Positions 1 to 13,930 of a stretch of DNA of 64,000 nucleotides are shown here, one piece after another (the first letter of the stretch is position 1; every line of letters begins with the position of its first letter). Below the pieces are notes generated by a model that saw nothing but the letters and a program-made list of their open reading frames with translations, was not told the DNA's origin and did no database searches. Source of the DNA: Haliotis rubra (lineage: Eukaryota); assembly GCF_003918875.1 (NCBI RefSeq), contig NW_025766581.1, positions 1 to 64,000 of the forward strand, given 5' to 3'. The position numbers were made by a program, and so were the translations under genes.

Positions 1-1136
1 TGGTAGCTACGTTCAGTTGGGTACTAAACACAACTGTTGGATGAACTGAATAACATGCTGTACGAATTCTACGCCGACCAGCTCGAGCTGACGTGAAGCT
101 GGAAGAGATCAAGATGCGGATGTACAGACAACATTGTGAGTTCATCGACCAGACCTTGGTGTCGGACTGTGAGATGGACCTGTATGAAGCGTATCAGGCC
201 ACCAGGGTGGAGCTGTAGGGAACTGGAGGATGCCAGGGATACAGGGCAGCAGACATCAGAGGCATCTTTTACTAACAATGACAACGTCCTGAGGTCCTAG
301 ATAATACGGTTGGGGAGATAGACGTCACATACCAGGATCAGGGTACTTGTCTGTCTTCGGTGCTGGTTGACACCATAGATGGGAGGGAGGTGTCCGGGTG
401 GAAGGGAGAAGCCACAAACTGCAAGACCTTAACAGTTCTGGTTTGTAGATGGTGTACAGACATGTGTTGTTGGACAGCAATAACAAGTGTGAAATCTTTA
501 TTCACAAGAAAGATCATTCATGCCATAGGGAAGCTTCCCTGGATAACTCTCAAACAGGGATGTTCTTACCTACAGTTGAATGAAACGGGTGATGGTTGCT
601 GTCCCTTTATCGATCAGATTGTACAATAAAGTGATGACCCCTGACCTGGGTGTTGGGTGTGGGATGGCGGGTTGGTGGACGGGACGACGGCGTTGAAGGA
701 CGTTGATATCCGTGACATGGCTGGACACGATGACGAGGTCAGCCCTACATTCAATGATGACTCCTTTCTGTTTCCTGTCCCTGGTACATGTGTGTCAGCA
801 ACAAAGAACAACAACCATAGTGTCTGACTGTGAGAAAGAAGTCTGTGACATGTCTGACGCCAGAGGATGTTGTGTGGAGATACGCCCCTGATTAAGGCTT
901 ACTCTACAACTCGTGGTATCCCACAGCTACCACCTGAGGAGACATGCTACAGGGCTGGAGCACGTGTAAGATTGATACAGCTGACAGTCAGGAGTTTGTC
1001 AGAGAACACTCACGTTAAGAAGGGGATGATAAGGGAATAGAGGAAGACATGTGTGCAGTGGTATATTCTGGCGGTGAGAACTGGTTTCGTATTTCTAGCC
1101 ACCAACTCGGAAGTGAAAGAGTAGATGTTTATCTGA
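1..1136 (+). pseudogene. TRIM-NHL copy A, 3' part only (coiled coil + NHL), heavily frameshifted
   Basis: Colinear with exon 2 of copies C-G (e.g. gatgaactgaataacat, gtacagacaacattgtgagttc, gtgctggttgacaccatagatgggagg, gaagtgaaagagt...tctga) but with many small indels; the 5' part lies outside the window. Could be low-quality consensus rather than real decay. Confidence 0.85.
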
Positions 1137-1383
1137 CGCCAAAACATAGAACAAAAAGAAGTTAGTGCAGAGCTGGGATTAGCCCTAACAACTAAGCTGT
1201 GGTTTAAAGCGTTTTGTCATTGAATATCGTGACCATACTGTGCATGGGGTTAGTCTGGAAATGTTTGTCTCTTTTACAAACGTATGGGCATCGCTTTGTC
1301 GGTGAATTGCAGACATGCAGTATTCAAAGGGTCATTTCAGCAAGAGGTAAAATAGTCCACATCGGTATAGGTGAAACATGCCA

Positions 1384-2300
1384 ACAGGTTACCAAATACT
1401 GTATTTATTTTTGGCATTGTTTGGTGTTTGGCTTTAATTATGAGCTTTAAAATATTAATTTCATAATGATGTAGGGGCCCTCGGGACTACTCATTTGAAC
1501 CTTACCACCTATGTGGGATAGTTCACAGTTCATATTTTTATACCAACTGTGCTTATTGGCTTTAGGTTTATGAATAAGCTTTGAAACCTCTCATTAGCTG
1601 TAAGTTGCTGCTCAAACTTTTCATGTGCAAAGACAAGATGCTCGGTATTTGTCCATTCTGGCTGAAAGCAGCTTCATCAGGGACATGTGTTTTGGTCTTG
1701 AGAACCTGAAGGTTAGTTTTATGTATTATAATGTGTATTTTATTAAGGATAAACAGGTACAAAATATTTCAATTGGTTTATGGTATTTTAAGGAATTGTT
1801 GAAAGTATTTGGAATGTTGAGATAAATACTTTCAATATCTTAATTGATCTTATTTCGAAAACAATTTGCATTGCACTTGTGATGTAATTTTTATACTAGT
1901 GTTTTACATAACATTTATAATTTTAATGTGTGTTTAGATATACTAGTGAGAGGCGTTCTGATGGAAGCACCAGCCATTTGATTCAGCCATAGCTGGTAGT
2001 ATAATGTAATTTGGTAGTTTTATCCATGAAATACTATTTTCAATAATTAATAGCTGTCACTGGCCACATGTATATTCATTTTAATGTTTCTGTAATGTTC
2101 CTTAAATGGTAAGTTATATTTATTTAATGTTTATGGAATATTTAAAGATACTGTATTTAAATGTTATATTCTTGTGACACACATTACGTAATGCCTGTAT
2201 ATTGCAGAATTGATCGCGAGTGTGTACCACTGTCTAGCTGGATTAAATAAAGAACTCTGGCCTACGGCTGGCCCTTGTCATCAATGGGACTGGTCCTTAC
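1384..2300. mobile_element. ~0.9-kb AT-rich insertion in the 3' flank of copy A (unclassified, possibly a retroelement 3' end)
   Basis: Interrupts a flank that is continuous in other copies; bounded by AAACATGCCA (1374-1383) and AAACATACCA (2301-2310), a candidate TSD with 1 mismatch. Confidence 0.45.
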
Positions 2301-2629
2301 AAACATACCAGTATATATAGCTCTTGTGGAGAGTCCTGGGATGACCTGAATACCTAACGACTACTTGATCTCAACAGTCTGCTGATCCTGGTGCTTAACA
2401 GGGGTATAACCGTCCTGGGTACGAAAGCTGATGTGTAACGACACCACAAAGGAAGGAAATATACCATTCTATTCAAAGCATGCATGAAGCCAGTGGTCAT
2501 ATATGTATAGACAATGTGTGTAAGCTGTGGACAAAGGACCGGGTCAGCCGGCCTGTGAAATACTAGTATATACGTCTTGGGCATGAAAGCTGAAGTGTAA
2601 AGAAACCCTAGAAGAAATATAGTTGATTG

Positions 2630-2871
2630 ATTGAATGATTGCTGTTTCACGCCGCACTCAGTAATATTCCAGCAATATGATTTGCGTCTATAAATAATCG
2701 AGTCTGGACCAGACAATCCGGTGATCAATATGAGCATTCATCTACAAAGAAGTGGGATACGATGACATGTGTCACCAAGTCAGCGAAACCTGACTACAGT
2801 GGTCCGTAAAGTCGCCTTTTACGACAGGTATGGGTTGTTGCAGATCAAAATCTAACCCGGATCTTCACTGG
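2630..2871 (-). mobile_element. Abundant ~240-bp SINE-like interspersed repeat (family B, RUDI-like motif)
   Basis: Shared motifs cgagtctggaccagacaatcc, gtcgcctcttacgacaagcatggg and ttctaacccggatcttcacggg. Further copies at ~6035-6250, 24230-24463, 31755-31980, 41650-41885, 49181-49420 (+), 52770-52985 (+), 56400-56622 and 57870-58080. Confidence 0.75.
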
Positions 2872-4504
2872 TAAAGAATATATATCTTCTACGTTCAAAG
2901 TATGCATAAAACCAGGAGACATGCGTATGGACAGATTTAATGGATGGATGGACAATGGCCACGGCTTGGGTGTATTTGGTCAGTTTCGAGGTTTCTTCCT
3001 CATAGAATATTCAGCATCGATACATCTGATCTTCACACCCAAGCCGGAGGGATAAAGCATTGTCCAGCAAAGGGACTTGGTGAAACACACCACTGGTGAC
3101 AGTGATTATGGAATATTTATACTTTTGACCATGAAGGACAGCGTGATCTTTACGAAATGGTGGTAATTTGTACTTTCATATGGAAAAGCAAAACTAACTT
3201 ATCTGTCCTTGTGGCCGTGGAAGCACTGTAAATGGCATGGGATTCAGCGTGATTGGATATGTATATTATATATATGACATGCCGCAAAAAACTAACTAAA
3301 CATTATGATTGCATGCACCGCCATTGTCATCCTGATTTTTGTTACTATAGGTCTGTGACCTCTTCGATTGGAATAAAGGATTTGGTAACGGGAAGGATAC
3401 AGTTCCCCTCACAACCACATACATGCACATTTTAAACATACACTTAATTGACTATTGTCGGTAACGTTCTGAATGAGCAGCTCTTTCCAGGAATATACTA
3501 TTGCTAACACAAGCGTGTGCTATGTAAAAATGAACGGAGCTACTGTTTAAGAATTGATGACTTGTAAACAGGCTGTTATTTTCATTAGACAGTCAGATAG
3601 TTACAGTCCGATTGTTTTTTCGGGGATAATAGTTAAAATTACACTTGAGTGTTTGCCAGTTCATTTGGCCAGCGTTAAGAAGCCGAGGCAACATTTTTCT
3701 TTTCAATGATCGTTCAATTATCTTTGCCAATGCCACTTCGCTGTTTCGCATAAATGTCTGGAATCGCCTACACTTAGCATGAGGTATACAGCATTAGGGT
3801 GTTGCACGAGCACTTTAGATTTGTGTGGTTCTTTAACTAAAATTTGGCTTCATTAAGTAGCATAACAGATGAGCATAACAGATTATTTACTTTGTCAAAA
3901 TGAGGGAACGTTAACGGTTTTCTTGAGCTTGACATAAACTGTCGTGTATTAATTCTGAAACTGCGCAAAAATAAAATGAAAAAGGGTCATGATGGTCTAA
4001 ATGGGCTTTGTTAAAATGAAGGTATTTGTACTTTCTAACAACCTGCAAGAGCAATATCAGCTGACAATTAAACTGAGGGTCAAGAAGTAGTGATAATTAT
4101 TCGTTTCGTGTCGGACTAGATAAAACGATTTACATTATGACCGAAGACGATGGAAATTTGCCGGAATTTCATTGTTCAAAAGAACGGACTGTGATCGTGT
4201 TGCACGTGCATTTTGCTAACTGGTAAAAGTATTTTCATATGGGAAAAAGTAATAATATACGGATTTCTGTGAAACATAGCAAGGTTTCAGCTTCATCGTG
4301 TGCCAATTTCCCATTGCAACTTTATGTTTGACATTATGTAGGAACCTAACAGTTGCAAACAGGAAAAGATACAACCACATAGTTTATATTGCACATCGCG
4401 GAAGTTGGTATCAATATGAACTCAACTTCTTTTTGGGGAAAACCGTTGGATCATTTACTAGCATCATCAAAACGCTGTTCACTGAGGGCATCTACTCCAT
4501 TACA

Positions 4505-5375
4505 TGACTACTCCCAATTATGACTACTCGTGACCATAAATATGTGATGTATACCCTATACTTAATAATGTACTGGCACATATAGCTGACAACTCCAGTT
4601 TGACTACTCTGACCATAAATATGTATTTAAGACCCTTAATAATGTACTGTACCTGTATAGCTGACTACTCCCAGATATGACTACTCGTGACCATAAGTAT
4701 GTAATGGAGCATTCTATACTTAATAATGTGTACTGTACCTGTATGACTGACTACTCCTAGTTTGACTACTCGTGACCATGAATATGTAATGGAGCACCAC
4801 CTACCTTAATAATGTACTGTACCTGTATGGTGACTACTCCCCAGTTTGTCTACTGTCTGACCATAAATGTAATGGAGCACTTTACTACACTTAATATTGT
4901 ACCTGTATAGCTGACTTCCTCCCAGTTTGTCTGCTGTCGACCATAAATATGTAATGGAGCACAATTCTACACTAATAATGTACTGTACCTGTGGAGTATA
5001 GGTGCTTCCTCCCAGTTTGCTCTACTGTCGACCATAAATATAGCTATGGAGCACACCTACACTTAAACAATGTACTGTACCTGTATAGTTGACTACTCCC
5101 AGTTTGACTACTCATGACCGTAAACATGTAATGGAGCACTCTATACACTTAATAATGTACCGTACATGCATAGCTGATTACTCCCAGCTTCTATCTACCA
5201 TGATAATAAATATGTAAAAAGAGCACCACTACACTTAATAGTATTACTGTACCTGTATAGCTGACTACTCCCCAGTTTGTCTACTCATGATTAATGCATA
5301 AATATGTAATGGAACACACCTACAATCTAATCAATGTACTGTACCTGTATAGCTGATTGCTCCCCGGTTTGTACT
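4505..5375. repeat. Minisatellite, ~10-11 units of ~80-85 bp
   Basis: Recurrent unit approximately gactactcccagtttgactactcgtgaccataaatatgtaatggagcac..ctacacttaataatgtactgtacctgtatagct, starting near 4506, 4587, 4662, 4749, 4832, 4913, 5003, 5091, 5177, 5263 and 5355. Confidence 0.9.
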
Positions 5376-7811
5376 CTTTGAAATACACCTATAAGGGGAG
5401 ACTCAGGAGCCTACCTGTAATTTGATTAGAAACCAAATGAATCTTCCGGGATCTTGTGATCATTCATTGTTTGTGACAATTGTATCCTGATGAACTCACC
5501 GCACCTGTAAACGAAGCTAAGGTCGCTGCCTTGCATACTGGGGATGATTGGAACTGAAATTATGAATTTAGTATTTGATACTGTCCTCCATGACTCTTAA
5601 GATATAGTTTACATTGTACATCTCATGGTGTCATGAACTAAGAAAACTTCCTGTTGAGAAACGAGGAATCGTTTACTGGCATCATCAAATACCGTTCACT
5701 AGAAGTTAGAGGAATATTTCTACTTTTCGGTAATTCTTTATTGTTACCCCAAACAGAAGTTCTGAAACAACTAAAACATACTGGGTAATTTACAAAACCT
5801 AATTTATGACATTGAATATGCACATCGTGAACTGACAACACACATATACTCAGTGCAATCCAACATAAAACATCCAGCAAGAAAGAGACCATGAAAGACA
5901 TGATCCCCATTTTATAACTAGAAACTTGCAATGGCAGAGAAAACCATTCATCTTATAGCCCTCATTTGGCGAGTGATATTAATTGTCACATAATGTCACG
6001 GGGATGTAATTATTTTGTCCCTGTTTGCTTGTTTGTTTGTTGTTTAACACTCAACTCAGCTGATATTCCAGCTATATGGCGGAATATTGTAAATAACGAG
6101 TTCTCGACCAGTCAATCCAGAGATCAACATCATGATAATCGATCTTAGCAATTGGGATACGATGACATTGTGTCAACGCTGATCCCGTTAGTCGTCTCTT
6201 AGGACAAGCATGGGTTCCTGAAGATCACTTCTAACCCGGATCTTCATGGGGTTTTAAGTACTTCACAGAGGGACATCCAGTTGCCCTAGTTAACTGGCCA
6301 ACGTCTGAGTGTTGAAAAATAGGTAGACTGAAAATAAACTAATCATTTTGAAGGATGTCTGATCTCTCCTTCATTGAAACAAAGAGACTGCGCAAAAAAT
6401 ACTGTGTCACTGAAAACCATTGGTGGATCTACAAAACAAAGTTTCAACCAGCGTGAAACATATTAGTTGTGCTAATATAGTGAATATTTCTGAGTGAAAT
6501 TCCATAGACTTGCATGTTAATTATCTTGCAAGATTAATTTTCATAAACTTAGTTTCAGTCGAATTGCTTGCTAAGTCTCGAATACGTATCTACCTGCTGA
6601 AAAATCATCTCAGCTACATACACATAATTTCCATTCAATTCTTCTGATGATTATTAAGAAAACTGCAACTATTAAAATAATATATAATAGGGTTACCAAT
6701 CTGGGTTTTACATGGCTGTCTATGGGATAGATTAAAAGTTGGCCCTTATGTATAGTAAGCTTAATCGGGTGCCATTCGAAAACATCAACGGAAGAGATGA
6801 AAGAAAATTATGTACACGTAGCTGAAGATGATTTCCAAGATGTTTGCAAAATATCAAAACAAAATGACTTCTACTAAATTTATAAAAAGTATTCTTACAA
6901 CGGTTAATTAACGTGTGGTATAATGGAAATTTCACAAATGATGATCACTTATAGGTAACTAACACGTTACCTGCAATCCTGGCGCGTTCATTACGTTCCA
7001 TTTTCCACACTACGAAGAAGCAACCCATGACTGCAGCAGGAAATAATTTATTTTACTTTCTGTTGTGACATCAGACCTGCATATAAAATAACTTGACTGT
7101 TGGAAGGTTGAAGACATCCCTCTTGTTATAGAGTCGTGTGAAAATGAGTCATCTCAAATATTTAGGGATAAATATGCAGAGGATGATCACACATCTCAAC
7201 CGGCCCTCGTACAATTCATTTGGGCAAATAGAGGTGGAGGAACTAGCTATTTGATGGCCACTGAATGATTTCAAAATCATCGCCTCTACCTCAAAAGCTT
7301 CAGGCTTTTATCTTAAAAGAAAGTAAAGCACATGTGTCGCTTTATAGGTAACTGTATAGGAAATGCATGCAGTCTCAAATCTGGGCACCACTTGCTTTGT
7401 GACAATTCAGTTTTGGTGTGTGTGTGTTTTGTTCCAGTCCTAAATTCATTTTTACAGTCTTCAGCGTTTTGCAATAATGAAGGGAAACAACACTACCAGA
7501 GATCATCTCCGAGGTTCCAACGGTGTAAATGCAACTCCATGGAGAAAATTGTTACCACATAAAGAGGCCAAACAACAGTCAAAAACATATACATGTGGAA
7601 CAAATTGAACCGAGGAGAGAGAGCGAGGAGATCGAACTTACTGACCCATCGTCACGGCTGATCTCACCCACCCAAACATTTCTTTATCTGAGATGTGCCT
7701 CTGTTAATACAATATTCTGAATAACCTTTTCATCACTGTATGACTTTACAACTGGTTTTGTTTTGGAATTTTGTGTTGACGAGTGATGGTATAGTTTCTA
7801 TTAAACTGAAT

Positions 7812-7973
7812 GGGTGAATCTCTAGTTTTTACCGCTTTAGCAATATTCCAAACAATATCCAGTCGGGGACACAGGAAAATGGGCTTCAACATTACTGAAA
7901 CCCATGTGGGAAAGCTGAACCCGGGTCTTCGGCGTGACGAGCACGCTTTTGTCACTGTTCTACCCCAACGCCC
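7812..7973 (-). mobile_element. Degenerate tRNA-derived SINE (family A)
   Basis: Aligns with the intact copies at 15293-15458 and 16572-16741 (aaatgggcttc, cccatgtggg, gaacccgggtcttcggcgtgacgag). Confidence 0.7.
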
Positions 7974-9368
7974 AAGTGTTCAGAAGTCAATCAATTTGAT
8001 TTATGATGATTCCAAATCGCATTACGTTCTTTCAAAACAATTGTTTGCACTGTGTATTATACTTTTTGTATTACTCCCCATAACATTTTAAGTTTTCAAT
8101 TTTGGGTTTTATAACACTGATATGAGTGCCTTTCTTTGGAAATTTTGTCCAATCACGGGAGGTGCCACCTCTACCAATTAGCAAGAGTTTACCTAATGGG
8201 CGACGACGTCTCCACTGCTGTATTTGGGAATATGAAGTTCAAATTCGAAAATTATGGGTAAAAGATGAAATAAAATACTCCAGTAGAGGTGCCCAGAGTG
8301 CTTGTTTCACGGACAGTCAGCAACAAAGGCCGATAAGCGCCCAACCGACATGAGCAGTTACGGAAAGGGGGCAGAGTTCAGCCGATTGTGACAAACCAGA
8401 CCGGATAACACAGCCAACCCGGAAGGTAGACTTCAAGTCATTACTTGTGATTTTCTTGTAGAGTGACGTATTGTCGGAACCTGATAACGGATACCAGTTA
8501 ATGTTTTGTCAAATGTTATTCAATATCTAAAGAGAAATATACCAGCGTTCCCAGATTACGTCTTTGGAATCCCGTGACCACATGAAGATTTAACGATGAA
8601 GGATTCTACTTTCTCTAATGCATTAAAACTGGTGTCCACTTGTTGATGTAACCTGCAGCATTAGAAGCTAACTGTATAATTCCAACATATATGGTATTGA
8701 CATTGACTGGTTCATAGAGTCAGTGTTCAGGTGTAATTTCGGTGAAGGTATCCGTTCAATCGTTCCTTCCTGCCGTGTTTTAAAGCGATACCTTACTACT
8801 GGTGGCTGGGGGCGTGGTCCATCATATGCATTGTGAGGTGTCTTGCCCACTTGAGAAGGTTCGATGATATCCGCGAGTGATTAGAAACTTGTCTTACAGG
8901 CTCCGAGTCATTGGCGGTGATCACGGAGGCTATATATCGATTTGTGTTTTCCAAACCTGAAGTGCATGTATCTGTAGCGGAATGTACGTTTTATTGAGAA
9001 CTTCCCTGTTAATATCCCATTCAATATTATAGACAGTCAGAGAAAATACTGTGTATATATCTTAATAGGGAACGGGGAGGCTAATCTCATGACATCATCA
9101 ACAGCGTTAGTAACAATATGGGATGGGGCTTGACGTTGTCCATAGTAACATGTCAGGACCATGTAGCTTCACATACATGGCAGAAGGATCGTCCTCCCCG
9201 ATGCTGTATGCATAAGTAACATCATCATGGACACTTGCCATATGTGTGTATGTATACTCACATAGATAGAGAGATAAGTAGATGAGCAGGAAGGGGTAGG
9301 TAGGTAGGTAGATAGATAGATGGATAAAGATTGTGTTAAACTAAAAGAACACAAGCTGCATGTTACCG

Positions 9369-11463
9369 ATGGCTTAACCGCCGGGCTGGCGGAGAAAGTA
9401 AAGGCTAATTTCCTGACGTGCTCCATCTGCTTGGAGACCGCCTGAGACCCGTGTATATTGAGGTGTGATCACACATTCTGCGAAATGTCACCTCATACAC
9501 ATCCAAACCAGACCTGATGCTGTACACAGTCCAAGACCGTCTCCCTGTCCCTGCTGTCGATCAGGGCACCAAGGTCCCTACATCCCAGCAAGGCCGGTGG
9601 AAGGAGGTGGGCGGGGCAGATCAACCAGTGGTAGACATAACATTTACATCTGCCATCCGTTAAAAAATACCCTACTTTCTTTAGTAGCCTTTCCAAAGTT
9701 GTGATAGAAAATAAGTACGTTAACTTGTGTTTACTCTAGAGAGACGTCGAGCACATATTTGGCACGATCTTACAGCAACCAGGAGACAACTCCAGGGCCT
9801 TGTGGTGTCTGAGGTGTAAAGGAGTGGCCCTCTGTGACAAATGTGTGAAGATACACCGGGTGACACCCAATTCATTGATCCACGTGACCTGTGTGACCCG
9901 GGTCGTCTGGGTCAGCCAGTCAAATGGAGGGATCACGCATTACACGGAAACACAAAGGTAACCGTGTTGAGTTCCACTTCTAATCGCGAGACTGTGGGAA
10001 GGCTACCTGTCAGACATGTTGTATCATCTACTCACAGAGCTTGCCGAAACTGTCGTCACTGTTGAGTCAATGAAGCTAGGGGATGAAGGGGCAGCAACTG
10101 ATGGAGAAAAGGGAGCTTGGCATGTGGAGAGCTGGAGGTGTGAGGTCGAAGAAAGTATGACATAAAACACGGGAAACTCAAAAGTGGTTCTAGAATCACA
10201 GAGTCAGCTGTTCAAACTATCAGATTTGATAGCACCAGACAGGTATTAACAAGATTAAACAGACAGAAACGCAACTCTTGGATGAACTGAAAAACATATC
10301 ACAGACGGCACGCCGACCAACTCCAGGCTGATGTGAAGCTGGAAGAGATCGAGATGCAGATGTACAGACAACATTGAGTTTATTGACCAGTACCTTGGTA
10401 TCGGACTGTGGGAGATGGACCTGTGTGACGCGTGCATCGGAGCCTGGGAGTCTGGAGCTGTGGGGTGTGGAGGATGTCAGGGGATACAGAGGCAACAGAC
10501 ACTGGGATAGATGACGTCATGTTTACATGAGACACTGACAACGTCCTTGAAGGTCCTAGATAACCTGCAGTTGGGGAAGATTTCATTGACGTCACATACC
10601 GGGATCAGGGTACATGTCTGCCATCTCCCTGATAACAGCTTGGACATTGTAGATGGGAGGGTGGCGGGTGATGAGGAGAACCTTTCCTACAAGACGGGAC
10701 AGTTCTGGTTTGGCCAGATGGTGTACAGGCAGTGTGTTGTTACGGACTATAATAACAAGTGCGTGAAATCTTTCTTTTCACAAGAAATAATCATTCATTA
10801 CCATAGTAAACTTCCCTGGATAACTCTCCAAACAGGATAACACAGTTGAATGAGAAGCAGGTGATAGTTGCTGTCCCAGACTCCTTTCAGATTCTAACAA
10901 TAGAAGTGACCCTGACCTGTTGTTTGCTCTCAACCATCACAACACGTGAATTACATGCTACCGCTGTCTGGCTGTTCTGAATCCTTCCTGTCCTGGCAGC
11001 AGGTACTTGGGAACGCATGAATTATCCCTGGACATGGCTGGGCACGTGTTGAGATCAATCACTACTTACAATGATGAATCACTGTTTACATACCCCTGGT
11101 ACATGTGTGTCAACAACAAGACGGCTTCCTTACTCAGTGTCTGACATGAGGGATCACGTCTGTGACATATCTACGACGTCAGAAGGGGATGTTGTAGTGA
11201 TACGCTGCCACCGAAGACGGGAGAACTCACCTTCCTTTGTGGTATCACAACTACCAGCAGAGGAGACATCCTGCTTGTGAACAGGCACACTCAACAAGGT
11301 GATACAACTGACCAGAGTCGGGGGATTATGTCAGGAACTCCTCACGATAGAATATGATGATGAGACAGGCATATTCACGATGTATACCTTCGTGATAAAT
11401 GTTGGTTTCCTATTTCTATGCAAGCGGATGGAAGTGAAAAGAGAAATTTTTATGTTTGTCTGA
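9369..11463 (+). pseudogene. TRIM-NHL copy B, full span but with many indels and a deletion removing the exon-1 splice donor
   Basis: Colinear with copy C from ATG 9369 to TGA 11461-11463; remnants of RING (tgctccatctgcttggag, tgtgatcacacattctgc), B-boxes and NHL. At ~9624 exon-1 sequence (gcagatcaa) is joined directly to intron sequence (ccagtggtagac). Confidence 0.85.
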
Positions 11464-12558
11464 TATATAAAGAATGAGGGTACATGCAGTTCTGTGGTTT
11501 AAGCTGTTTGTCACTTACGGTTCGTTATATACTGTGCATGTGGTTGGTCTGGAAATGTTTGTGTGTTCACTCAACTGCATGAGCATTGCTTTGTCAGTGA
11601 ATTACACACATTACAGTAATCAAATAGGTCATTTCAGAATGAAGTGAGAAATCGTCCACATGATAACCAGGTGAAAGACTTCAGTGGATATAGCTATTGG
11701 GAGAGTCCTAGGATGACCTGAGCTACACAGCAATTACTAATCTCAACAGTGTGCTGAACCTGGCGGTACCTGACGTATAAAACGTCCCGGGCACAGCTTA
11801 AATGTAAAGAAGTCCCCAAAGGAAATATACCTCTCCGTTTAAAGTATGCATGAAACACAGGAGGCATGTAGACTAATATATGGATGGACTAGGACAAGGT
11901 CAGCCTTCCTGCTACCTGAAGTATAAACGTCCTGGGCAAAGGAAACCCCCAAGATTGGTCAATTTTACAGTTTCTTCCTCTCAGAGTATTCAGTATCGAT
12001 ACACGTGATCTTGAGGATCTGAGGATATAGTTTATATTATTCAGCACAGGACCTTTACCATATACAAATTATATGTCATGTCTAGCAATTAAATGGAGTA
12101 TGATGACTAGGGTGAAAACACATCAGTGTTGACAGTGGTTATAGAGAGTGTTGACAGTGGTTATAGATATACTTAGACGGAGGACAATGTAATCTTAACA
12201 TAGAAGGTGAATGGACACCGATCCAGCTGCAGTAGGCTGTCTCAAAGCCATTATTTCCCCGATTGCTTAGCGCCATCTGCAATGCCGGTCCCTAAATGAC
12301 GCATGAAGTCTAGATTTCCTCACATTCTTTTTCGGGCTCTTTTTCAATTTAATTTACAGATTATTTGTAGCTATCAAAAATTATGGATATTCAGAGACAA
12401 AGCTTTATTATACCATCTGATACATATAACTCCAATTAAAATGAAAAGGAACTCATCTAGATCATTTCTGGCATTACATTGTGTTGAAGTGTAAATACGG
12501 TAATTCGGTGCTGCTGTGGACAAAATGTGAATGTAAATGCAAGTGCACGTGGGAAGTC

Positions 12559-13930
12559 TCTTTTTCTTTTCTTTTCGTAATTTAAATTTTATTTCTGAAA
12601 CCCTGTTACACTCAAGACTCAGCAGTCAGGGAACCGCTCAGTCAGAAGACATGCAGCAATCTAATGGGATACAGGTGTAAGTTTTACGAAACAAGACAAA
12701 CCATCCACTCACCATTCACACAAAGACAAGATTATTTCTAATTATCAAACAAATTAATTAAGAATATAATTAATTCAGTCGTCTTTGAATAAGTCATGAT
12801 ACAAGAGCCATTTAGAATAAAATTCGGTGTTACAGCTTTTGTAAAAGAAAATACATTTTTCAATACTGTATCTCAATCTCAACTTACTTCTGAACTGAGC
12901 AATATTTGGTGAAGCAGAATTGAGCATGCATTTGTACAAGTTATATTTTCGAAATGATATGAGCAAGTCAAAAACAGAGTCAGTAAAAACATTTTTCTTA
13001 CATCCAAAAATTACCAGTTCCAAAGTGAGTTTGAGATTATGGATGTGATCACAACCTTTCGTTAACCATGATAAATATGTTGACCAAAAGGTTTGCACAA
13101 ATTCACATTCCCATAACAAGTGACAAATAGATTCCTTTTCTTCATTAGAGGATGAACATAAATGAGAATCTTTTATTTTAATTTTTTAAGAAATGTATTG
13201 GTAGTTAAAATTCTATGGAGTATTCTCTGCTGATACATTTCATTAACATCAACCAATGACAGATAATTGTCATGTTCATTAACAAGATCACAAATTTGAG
13301 AGATACCCCTTTGAAACCACCCTTCATAAAAACATGTTTTCTAATTAATAACAATATTGCTATTATAAAATATATGATCAGACAAGAAATCTTCAAAATT
13401 GTCAGGTTCAATTTTACTTGAAAAATCATAAAAAGCATTGAAACAATCAATATAGAAGGGAATTTTTAGATTTCTGACAATTTTGTAAAAAAAAATCCTT
13501 TGCCATGCTCATCAAATTCACTACATTTACAGTAACTAACATTTAAAATATATTTCCACTTGCCATCTTTAGTAACTAGTTTTCTCATCCAAGTCACCTT
13601 CAAAGCTCGGACATATTCAAATACATGTATATTAATCATACCCAGTCCACCAACCTTAACTGGTCTACACATTGTTTATCACCCTTAGGAATACACCTAA
13701 TTTTTGTGTAATGGATAACTCGCCAATGTCGATAGCACTATTGATTGACCGCAACACAAAATAACCCAAATCTTGAAGAATTCTGCAGTAAAACCATCTG
13801 TAGCGGGACATTTGTTGTTTTTCATTCTTTTCAGCGACATCAATAATTCGTCATAAGTAATGTATCCTTCTAGAAAATCTGAATCGGGTTCAGGATCTCC
13901 CATCTTACTACAGCTCAATTTCAGTTTCAA
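12559..13930 (-). mobile_element. Non-LTR retrotransposon (L1/Tx1-like) ORF2 remnant with internal deletion and A-rich 3' tail
   Basis: Minus-strand peptides ITYDELLMSLKRMKNNKCPATDGFTAEFFK (pre-RT K.PG.DG...EF.K motif), CRPVKVGGLGMINI..RALKVTWMRKL and LWECEFVQTFW (C-terminal CCHC/zf-RVT region). AATAAA and an (AAAAG)n tail lie near 12560-12595 on the minus strand. Core RT motifs are missing. Confidence 0.85.

Noticed and set aside
4505-5375. Periodic repeat resembling a CRISPR array
   Set aside because: The units are whole tandem copies with no unique spacers, there are no cas genes, and the context is eukaryotic.
1-11500. Dense indels in copies A and B as evidence of hypermutation
   Set aside because: The scattered 1-2-bp indels also affect neighbouring repeats and look like unpolished long-read consensus or old decay.
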